From positions 1-64,000 of the forward strand of contig JBBRLJ010000001.1 of NCBI GenBank assembly GCA_038231435.1: 64,000 bases of DNA, read 5' to 3'. Both the position numbers and the translations under genes were made by a program. A model generated the notes under the pieces. It had not been told where the DNA came from. It worked only from the letters and a program-made list of their open reading frames with translations, and ran no database searches. Shown here in pieces: positions 1-6,695 of this stretch (the stretch's first letter is position 1; every line of letters begins with the position of its first letter). The DNA comes from Planctomycetota bacterium. Lineage in GTDB: Bacteria > Planctomycetota > UBA11346.

Positions 1-4
1 CAAT

Positions 5-164
5 CGGGGCTCCGCCCCGCGCCCCCACGGGCTTTGTCGTGACTCGCATTCGCCGGACGCCGGCGAATGCGTGGGCGGATCGGCTATGCCGATTGTATCC
101 GCCCACCGTCACTCGGCGCCCGGCGGCTGGCGGCTGGCGCCGCGGTTTATACGGGGCTCCGCCC
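5..164 (+). repeat. Structured dispersed repeat, copy 1
   Basis: Begins with hairpin GGGGCTCCGCCCC, then the conserved core CCCCACGGGCTTTGTC, nested stems and CTCGGCGCCCG. Near-identical to the reverse complement of 1088-1223. Confidence 0.85.
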
Positions 165-326
165 TGGACGGCGTTGGCGGGCTCCGGCCGCGAAATAACA
201 AAGTGCTAGCAGATGCTGTGGAGGAATCGGGATCCCCGTCTCCCTGTGGGAAGGTGGGTCAGCACAATGCCGTGCTTCTGGAACCCCGAGCGGGCTAGCT
301 GCCCGCGGCATCCGAAGGGAGCCTAC

Positions 327-920
327 ATGAAGACCATCATTACCGACGCCGCCTCCGCAGTCTCGTCCGCAGTCACCGATGGCGTGCGCGCCGGCGCCAG
401 CGCCGTGAACGACGGCGTCCGCACCGCCGTGAAGGACCCGATGGGCGTCATGGCCGCCAATCCCTTGCGCTCGTTCGTGCACATGCACGCGACCGCGCAG
501 CCATCGCTCGCCTGCCTGAACACCTTCCTGCGTAGCGAATCGGCGGCCGTCGAAATCATCCGCCTGGTAGCCGACCGCATCGAGGTCTACCCATTCCAGT
601 CGCAGTTGCGCGAGATGCTGATCTCGCACGAGCGGCGAGTCGAGGCCCTGCGCCTGCACATCGGCCACGCTGGCGGCAAGCCGATCCCCGCCAATGGCTG
701 GTGGATCATCGGCCAACGCCTGCTCGGTCGCTTGACGCTGCTCGCCAGCGAGAAGAGCGCCCTGCGCCTGATCGCCGGCCGCGAGATGCTGACCCTGCGC
801 ACCTACCAGGGCCAGCACACCCAACTCGACGAAGACGCGAGTCGCATGCTCGCCTACGAACTCCTCCCCGAACAGGAGAAGTCCGCCGCCATCATGGCCG
901 GCCTCGCCAAGAAGCTTTAG
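327..920 (+). CDS. Ferritin-like DUF2383-type protein
   Basis: ATG at 327 follows AAGGGAG. LNTFLRSESAAVE...SHERRVEALR..I...GGKP...ELLPEQE resembles the four-helix DUF2383 family. Has an Ala/Val-rich N-terminal extension. Confidence 0.65.
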   Translation: MKTIITDAASAVSSAVTDGVRAGASAVNDGVRTAVKDPMGVMAANPLRSFVHMHATAQPSLACLNTFLRSESAAVEIIRLVADRIEVYPFQSQLREMLISHERRVEALRLHIGHAGGKPIPANGWWIIGQRLLGRLTLLASEKSALRLIAGREMLTLRTYQGQHTQLDEDASRMLAYELLPEQEKSAAIMAGLAKKL

Positions 921-923
921 TTG

Positions 924-1081
924 CGGGGGCTTTGCCCCCGGGCCCCCACGGGCTTTGTCGTCCCTACATCCTGGCCCCAAGGCCAGGATGTTTGCGTGAT
1001 GGGCTTCGCCCATTGTATCACGCAACCGGGACTCGGCGCACGGCGGCTGGCGCCGCGGTGTAATTTGGGGCTCCGCCCCCC
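924..1081 (+). repeat. Structured dispersed repeat, copy 2 (divergent stems)
   Basis: Same core and flanks as copy 1. Stem sequences differ but still pair: GTCCC/GGGAC, CATCCTGGCC/GGCCAGGATG, TTGCGTGAT/ATCACGCAA. Confidence 0.85.
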
Positions 1082-1087
1082 TTCGAC

Positions 1088-1223
1088 CCGCGGCGAAAGC
1101 CGCCGGGCGCCGAGTGACGGTGGGCGGATACAATCGGCATAGCCGATCCGCCCACGATTTCGCCGGCGTCCGGCGACATCGAGTCATGACAAAGCCCGTG
1201 GGGGTTCGGGGGCGAAGGCCCCG
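1088..1223 (-). repeat. Structured dispersed repeat, copy 3 (inverted, paired with copy 2)
   Basis: GGGCGCCGAGTGAC...GACAAAGCCCGTGGGGG is the reverse complement of the copy 1 core. Confidence 0.88.
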
Positions 1224-1225
1224 TA

Positions 1226-1786
1226 CTAAAACTTCATGATGTCGTCGGTCTTCTCTTTGAGCATCGACTCGGCCTTGGCTTCGCTCGTCTTGAGCATTTC
1301 GGAGATCTTCTCGGCGGTCTTCTTGATCGCGTCCTCGGGGGCCTTGTCGGCTTTGCCCTTGGTTTCGACCAGCTTGATCATGTCGCGGCGCACGTTGCGC
1401 ATCGAGACCTTGCACTTCTCGCACGATTCCTTGGCCTGGCCGGCGAGCTGGGTGCGGCGTTCGGTGGACAGCGCCGGCACGTTCAGGCGGATGACGATGC
1501 CGTCGCTCTGCGGGGTCATGCCCAGGTTGGCGTCGTTGAGGGCCTTCTCGATCGCCTTGATCAAGGCCTTGTCCCAGGGCTTGATCACCAACTGGGCGGG
1601 TTCGGGCACGGTGATGCCGGCGCACTGCGCGATCGGCATCGACGAGCCGTAGGCCTCGACCTGCACGTGCTCGACCATCGCCGTCGAGGCGCGTCCGGTG
1701 CGGATATGCTTGAAGTCGTGGGTCAGCGAGCCGAGGCCCTTCTCCATCTTGGACTTGGCGTCGGCGAGTTCGGCTTCGAAGGCCAT
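1226..1786 (-). CDS. frr: Ribosome recycling factor
   Basis: IRTGRAS, VEAYGS, IKPWDK..IKAIEKA, LSTERR and RNVRRD motifs; lies downstream of pyrH. Confidence 0.97.
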   Translation of the reverse strand: MAFEAELADAKSKMEKGLGSLTHDFKHIRTGRASTAMVEHVQVEAYGSSMPIAQCAGITVPEPAQLVIKPWDKALIKAIEKALNDANLGMTPQSDGIVIRLNVPALSTERRTQLAGQAKESCEKCKVSMRNVRRDMIKLVETKGKADKAPEDAIKKTAEKISEMLKTSEAKAESMLKEKTDDIMKF

Positions 1787-1863
1787 GGCGGAGATCCTTG
1801 GGATGAAGATGGAAAAAAAGAAAGGGAGGCGGGAAGACGGAAGGGTGACGGAGACGGCAGCAC

Positions 1864-2580
1864 TCAGCCGCGGCCCACGAGGGTTCCTGGCGGATTCGGG
1901 CCAAGGGCGGCGGTGATCGCGCCGGGCTTGGTCATGTCGAAGACGCGGATGCTGACATCGTGGTCGCGACACAGGGTGAACGCGGTGAGATCCATGACCC
2001 CGAAGCGACCCTCGACCGCCTGGTCGAAGGTCAGGACGTCGAAACGCTTGGCCTTGGGATCCTTTTTCGGATCGGAGCTGTAGATGCCGTCGACCTTGCT
2101 GCCTTTGATGAGCTCGGCGGCGCCGATCTCGGCGGCGCGCAGCGCCGCCGCGGTGTCGGTGGTGAAGAAGGGATGGCCGGTGCCGCCGCCGAAGACCACG
2201 ATCACGCCGGCCGCGAGCCAGGTCATCGCCTGCTGACGGTCGTACGCGCGGGCCACGTTGGCGATCGCCTGCGGCGCCATCACTTCGCAGCGACCGCCGG
2301 CGCGTTCGATGCCGTCCTTCAGCGCCAGGGCGTTGATCAGGGTGGCGAGCATGCCCATGTAGTCGCCGCGGGTCGGGTCGCTCGAACGCACCTTGAGGTC
2401 GGCGCCGCGCATGATGTTGCCGCCACCGACCACGATCGCGACCGGGGCGCCAGCGGAAGCACCGGCCACGACCTCGGCGCAGACGCGATCGAGCTCACGC
2501 TGATCGAGAATCCCCTCGGACGATCCCGACAACGCTTCGCCCGAGAGTTTCAGCAGCCGTGGACGCTTCGACGTATCCAT
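1864..2580 (-). CDS. pyrH: Uridylate kinase
   Basis: LLKLSGEAL, GGGNIMRG, GDYMGMLATLINAL, GGTGHPFFTTDTAAALRA, VDGIYSSDPKK. Confidence 0.97.
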   Translation of the reverse strand: MDTSKRPRLLKLSGEALSGSSEGILDQRELDRVCAEVVAGASAGAPVAIVVGGGNIMRGADLKVRSSDPTRGDYMGMLATLINALALKDGIERAGGRCEVMAPQAIANVARAYDRQQAMTWLAAGVIVVFGGGTGHPFFTTDTAAALRAAEIGAAELIKGSKVDGIYSSDPKKDPKAKRFDVLTFDQAVEGRFGVMDLTAFTLCRDHDVSIRVFDMTKPGAITAALGPNPPGTLVGRG

Positions 2581-2588
2581 CGTCCGCC

Positions 2589-2616
2589 AGTATTGAACGG
2601 GCAGGCTGGTTTACAA
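2589..2616 (-). promoter_or_regulatory. Putative sigma70 promoter for pyrH (near-leaderless)
   Basis: Minus strand reads TTGTAA-N16-AATACT, ending 8 nt before the ATG; no Shine-Dalgarno sequence. Confidence 0.4.
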
Positions 2617-2800
2617 CCGCATGGCGAGGGACCTGGGCCGCCCATGGGACAGCAGCTCGAACCGCTCCGATGCCGCGACGCCACGTGGAGGATCAGGACA
2701 ACCATGCGTCGCATCCAGACCAGCCTCGCATCGCCGTGGCGTCGTGGCAGAGCGATGGGTGTCCGGTCCATGTCCATCAGGGTTGATGGATGGCGCGTGT

Positions 2801-2834
2801 AAACGAAAGAACCCAGGGCGAGACCCTGGGTTCT
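2801..2834 (-). terminator. Intrinsic terminator after rpsI
   Basis: Perfect stem AGAACCCAGGG-cgaga-CCCTGGGTTCT followed by TTCGTTT on the minus strand. Confidence 0.75.
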
Positions 2835-2857
2835 GTGCTCGGCGCAGTTGAAGCGGA

Positions 2858-3253
2858 TCAGCGCTTCGAGAACTGGCAGCCGCGGCGGGCCTTGTGCAGA
2901 CCGTACTTCTTGCGCTCGACCATACGGCTGTCGCGCGTCAGCAGGCCGTGCTTGCGCAGCAGCGGCTCCGAGGCGGGCTCCGCCTTGATCAGGGCGCGGG
3001 AGATGCCGAGCACGCAGGCGCCGACCTGTCCGGTGATGCCGCCGCCGACCACGTTGACGTGGATGTCGAAGCGGCCGACGGTCTGGGCGACGTCCATCGG
3101 CACGTTGAAGAGCTTCTTCAGGCGCTCGACCTTGATGAAGTCCTCGAAGGTGCGGCGATTGATAGAGATCACGCCGGTGCCAGGAGCGATGCGCACGCGC
3201 GCCACACTCGTCTTGCGTCGGCCGAGGCCCCAGATGTACGTCTTACCAGCCAT
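2858..3253 (-). CDS. rpsI: 30S ribosomal protein S9
   Basis: GLGRRKTSVARV, GGGITGQ, LLTRDSRMVERKKYGLHKARRGCQFSKR. Confidence 0.98.
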   Translation of the reverse strand: MAGKTYIWGLGRRKTSVARVRIAPGTGVISINRRTFEDFIKVERLKKLFNVPMDVAQTVGRFDIHVNVVGGGITGQVGACVLGISRALIKAEPASEPLLRKHGLLTRDSRMVERKKYGLHKARRGCQFSKR

Positions 3254-3481
3254 GAAGAACCATCCCGGATGTTATGCGCGACAGGTGATCCCTATCGCAT
3301 TGGAGCGCAGCACGATATCCCCGAAAGCGTCGGGTCAAGGGTAGCCTGGGGTCCGACGGGCGGCGCACCGTGGCTGCCGACAAGGCATAACGGCCGTAGC
3401 GGTCTTTGCTTGTGGGTTAGCAGCCAGGCTGCCTGCGCCGGCCTGGACTTTTTGCTGCTCTATGTCGGCTATCGACGGCCG

Positions 3482-4411
3482 TCAGAAGCCCCAATTGATC
3501 GACCAGCTCGTCGAGCCGCTCGACCCTGCCGCGCGCACCACCAGGCCGGAGCGTGGCTGGCACGACGAATAGCTCGCCTGGGTGTAGCCGGCGTAGGTGC
3601 TCGGCCAGTACACCACCCGCGGCGCGTACGGGTAGCTGGAGTAGCCCCCTGCGTAGCCGTAGCTTGGGACTGACTGGTAGACGCCGAAATTAGCCTGCGG
3701 CTGCTGGTACGAGGCGACGGCGGCGTTGTCGGCGGCGCGCTGGTCCATCAGGCGCTTGCGCTCGATCTCCTGCTCCTGGCGAGCGCGCTCCTCGCTGGCG
3801 AGTATGGTCTCCTTCTCGGTCCAGCTGGTCCAGCGACCGCGAAAATACAGTTCGCCGCGCGCGGCCGCGGCCTCGCGCGGACGCATCCAGACGCCATTCT
3901 GCTTCACCTGGCCGAGCAGCTTGCGCGCCTCGGGGTGCTGGCGATCACGTTCGACGACGATCGCCGCCAGATCCTTGGCCAGCATCGGATCCCCGGATTT
4001 ACGCGCGTCGCTGGCGAGGGCCCACCACTCGTCGGCGCTGCCGCCGCCGTCGCTGCCCGCGAGCGCGACGCGCTTGGCGTTGATCGCGGCGATCGCCTGC
4101 TGGCGAGGGCTCGGCCCATGGCTGATGCTGACGACGTGCTTGGCCTCGAAGCGCTGCACGCCAGTCAGGCCGCCAATCGTCACCCGCACCTCGATCACCG
4201 CGGCATCTGGCGCCGACAGGATCTCGCCCTCGATCTCGCGGCCATCGTCCAGCTTCACCACGTCCGCGAAGCCGACCCCGCAGGCCAGCGAGCAGGCCAG
4301 GAGCACGCGCGTCCAACGCGCGCCGGATGCGCGCGCGACGACGAAGGCGGTCGAGCGGGCCGCGGCCCCGGAGATGACCTTCCTGACAACGCTGCCCATG
4401 ACGATGCCCAT
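3482..4411 (-). CDS. Secreted hypothetical protein (Planctomycete-style)
   Basis: GGAG RBS before ATG 4411; signal peptide ending GFA-DVVKLDDGREIEG; helical region with PEARKLLG..NGVW; coiled coil; Tyr/Gly-rich tail. Confidence 0.75.
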   Translation of the reverse strand: MGIVMGSVVRKVISGAAARSTAFVVARASGARWTRVLLACSLACGVGFADVVKLDDGREIEGEILSAPDAAVIEVRVTIGGLTGVQRFEAKHVVSISHGPSPRQQAIAAINAKRVALAGSDGGGSADEWWALASDARKSGDPMLAKDLAAIVVERDRQHPEARKLLGQVKQNGVWMRPREAAAARGELYFRGRWTSWTEKETILASEERARQEQEIERKRLMDQRAADNAAVASYQQPQANFGVYQSVPSYGYAGGYSSYPYAPRVVYWPSTYAGYTQASYSSCQPRSGLVVRAAGSSGSTSWSINWGF

Positions 4412-4490
4412 GTCGGTCTCCAATCAACCGAGCGTATCCGCCACGAAGAGCTGGTTAAGCGAAAAACTCAGGAAATTCACGTGATCGTCC

Positions 4491-4519
4491 TTGACCCTGG
4501 TGCGCAAAAGCCCTAGTTT
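4491..4519 (+). promoter_or_regulatory. Sigma70-like promoter of the FGGY/FtsB-like operon
   Basis: TTGACC-N17-TAGTTT ending 12 nt before ATG 4532. Confidence 0.6.
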
Positions 4520-4531
4520 CGTCAGATCAGT

Positions 4532-6034
4532 ATGGCCGCACCTGCGTACTTTCTGGGTCTCGATGTCGCCCGCACCGGCCTGGGGCTCGTGGTGGTGGCC
4601 GGCGACGGCACCATCGCCGCCTCGTTGCGCCGCGCCTATGGCGCCGAATCGGGCGGCCCGATGGACCCGCAAGACTGGTGGCGCGCCGCCCGCACTGGCA
4701 TCAAGGAGATCCTCCGCCGCGCCTCGCTGCGCCCCGAGCAGATCCGCTCGATCGGCGTCACCGGCGACGACGGCATCGTCGCCGTCGACAAGGAGGGCAA
4801 GGCCCTCTGCCCGACCTCGCTCGGCCCCGATCCACGCTGCGCCGACTACGTCGAGCAGCTGACCAAGACGGTGGGCGCACGGAATCTGCTCAATCTGGCC
4901 AGCGGCGTGGCGACCTCGTCGGCCGCCGCGGTCAAGCTGCTGTGGCTGCGCGACAACGAGAAGCGTGTCTGGCACGACCTCGCGCACATCCTGCCGGCTA
5001 AGGATTTCCTGCGCTTCCGACTCACCGACACGCTCGTCACCGACGCCTGCGACGCCGCTGGCACGCTGCTCTTCAACCCGAAGACGCGCTCGTGGTCGAA
5101 GCAGCTGCTCGGCCTGATCGACATCCACCCCGAGTGGCTGCCCACCATCAACAACGGCCAGGCCATGTCCGGCCGCGTCACCGACGCCGCCGCGCGCGAT
5201 TCTGGCCTGCAGGCCGGCACGCCGGTGGTCACCGGCGCCGGCCACGCCGCCGCCCTCGCCATCGCCACGCGCGTGCTCCAGCCCGGCTCCGCCGTGATCG
5301 AGCTCGGCGGCCAAGGCTCGCTCTTCGTCCCCACCGCCGAGGCGGTGAAGGATCCCCAGGGCCGTCTCGCCTCCACCTGCCACAGCCTCGCCGGAACCTG
5401 GGCGCTGTCGGGATCAGACCTCGCCAGCTCGCCCGGCCTCGATTGGATCATGGAGCAGGTGCTGCCCGCCGAGGTCGCGCAGGCGCGCCGCAATCAGCGC
5501 GATCCCATCGACCTGCTCGCCGAACTCGCGGCCGAGGTGCCACCCGGCGCCGACGGCCTGATCTATCTGTCGCCAACCGCGAAGCCCGCCTCCGGCGGCT
5601 TCCTCGGCCTCGAGCACCGCCATGGTCGCGGCCATCTCGTGCGCGCGGTGCTCGAAGGCGGCGCGCTCGCCTGCCGCCAGGCGCTCGCCACGCTCACCGA
5701 GCTCAAGCGCGCCCCCGACCATATCTTCGTCAGCGGCCCAGGCGCGACCAACCACCTGTGGTGCCAGATCCTCGCCGACGCGCTCGACCGCTCGATCACC
5801 GCCGTGCCGGTGCAGGAATCCGCGGCCTTCGGCGCCGCCGTGCTCGCTGGCTCGGCGGTGGGCGTGTTCAAGACCATCGAGGATGCCTGCGCCAAGTTGG
5901 TGAAGCCCAAGGGCTCATTCGCGCCGCGCCGCGCCGCGAGCGACGTCTACGCCGCGCTCGCCCCCATCTCCGCCCGTCTGTCCGAGGCCATCGCCGGCCC
6001 GAGCGCACCGAAATCGATCGAGGCCCAATCGTGA
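4532..6034 (+). CDS. FGGY-family (xylulokinase-like) protein with degenerate catalytic motifs
   Basis: YFLGLDV, DPQDWW, KLLWLRDNE, KDFLRFRLT, DAAGTLLF, RAVLEG and LWCQILAD support the FGGY fold; the GGGD motif reads GAGH. Confidence 0.85.
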   Translation: MAAPAYFLGLDVARTGLGLVVVAGDGTIAASLRRAYGAESGGPMDPQDWWRAARTGIKEILRRASLRPEQIRSIGVTGDDGIVAVDKEGKALCPTSLGPDPRCADYVEQLTKTVGARNLLNLASGVATSSAAAVKLLWLRDNEKRVWHDLAHILPAKDFLRFRLTDTLVTDACDAAGTLLFNPKTRSWSKQLLGLIDIHPEWLPTINNGQAMSGRVTDAAARDSGLQAGTPVVTGAGHAAALAIATRVLQPGSAVIELGGQGSLFVPTAEAVKDPQGRLASTCHSLAGTWALSGSDLASSPGLDWIMEQVLPAEVAQARRNQRDPIDLLAELAAEVPPGADGLIYLSPTAKPASGGFLGLEHRHGRGHLVRAVLEGGALACRQALATLTELKRAPDHIFVSGPGATNHLWCQILADALDRSITAVPVQESAAFGAAVLAGSAVGVFKTIEDACAKLVKPKGSFAPRRAASDVYAALAPISARLSEAIAGPSAPKSIEAQS

Positions 6035-6366
6035 GCATGGTCCGCCAGGTCCTGGTCGCCGTGCACGTCGCCATCGGCATCGCCGTCATCGCGCTGCTCT
6101 GCCGCAAGCTCGGCGACCGCGCGCAAGAGGTGAACACCGTCCGCCTCGCCGCCCACCAGGAGCGCGACGCCACTGTCGTCCAGCAGCGCGATATCGCGCA
6201 GATGGACGAGCTGCGCAAGGGCCTCGAAAAGAACGATCCCTATGTCATCGAACTGCTCGCGCGCGAGAAGCTGCAGTACGCCCGCTCGGGCGAGATGGTG
6301 CCGCCGCCAGCCGTCGTCCCTAAGCAGCCCGCACGCGACCGCGAGAGCTCCGACGACGCACGCTGA
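6031..6366 (+). CDS. Septum formation initiator (FtsB/DivIC-like) protein
   Basis: N-terminal TM segment, coiled coil, and DPYVIELLAREKLQYARSGE matching the FtsB/DivIC motif. GTGA overlap with the upstream gene; alternative ATG at 6037. Confidence 0.7.
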   Translation: MSMVRQVLVAVHVAIGIAVIALLCRKLGDRAQEVNTVRLAAHQERDATVVQQRDIAQMDELRKGLEKNDPYVIELLAREKLQYARSGEMVPPPAVVPKQPARDRESSDDAR

Positions 6367-6567
6367 TCCGGCGCGGCCCGCGCCGCGCTTTCCCGCCATT
6401 TCCCATCCAATTCGCCTCGTCTCGCCACCCCCCTCGCAGCCCATCCTGATTGACAGGGTTTGGACCGACGGTACCAAGTGATCTCCGTCGAGCGCAGCCG
6501 GTCAGGCGATGGTCCCAGCGACCCACCCTGACCAGCGACGCCTCCCGCGACGGCGGTTTCAGCTCAA

Positions 6568-6645
6568 CGGGGCGTAGCTCAGCTTGGCTAGAGCGTTGCG
6601 TTCGGGACGCAAAGGTCGCAGGTTCAAATCCTGTCGCCCCGACCA
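6568..6645 (+). tRNA. tRNA-Pro (anticodon CGG)
   Basis: Acceptor stem CGGGGCG/CGCCCCG, anticodon arm TTGCG-TTCGGGA-CGCAA, T-loop GGTTCAAATCC, encoded CCA. TTGACA at 6450 upstream. Confidence 0.97.
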
Positions 6646-6671
6646 TTCATACGTAAAGAGCTTTGCGTCCC

Positions 6672-6695
6672 GCCCTCGCGCGCGCGCGTGAGGGC
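6672..6695 (+). terminator. GC hairpin downstream of the tRNA
   Basis: GCCCTCGCG...CGTGAGGGC stem; no clear U-tract. Confidence 0.35.

Noticed and set aside
5..1223. Repeats read as a CRISPR array
   Set aside because: The units are long, structured and in mixed orientation, there is no repeat-spacer periodicity, and no cas genes are present.
1088..1223. Repeat as a glycine or c-di-GMP riboswitch (GGCGCCGA, AAAGCC)
   Set aside because: The remaining conserved aptamer nucleotides are absent, and copies lie between convergent 3' ends rather than in leaders.
147..1904. 585-aa ORF and other long antisense or off-frame ORFs (for example 11687-13768 and 58338-60104)
   Set aside because: These are shadow ORFs of GC-rich DNA overlapping well-supported genes, with Arg/Pro-rich composition.
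2550..2777. 75-aa Cys-rich ORF between rpsI and pyrH
   Set aside because: It overlaps the pyrH start and promoter, and has no RBS or recognisable family.
6320..6656. ORFs overlapping the tRNA
   Set aside because: They are translations of tRNA sequence.
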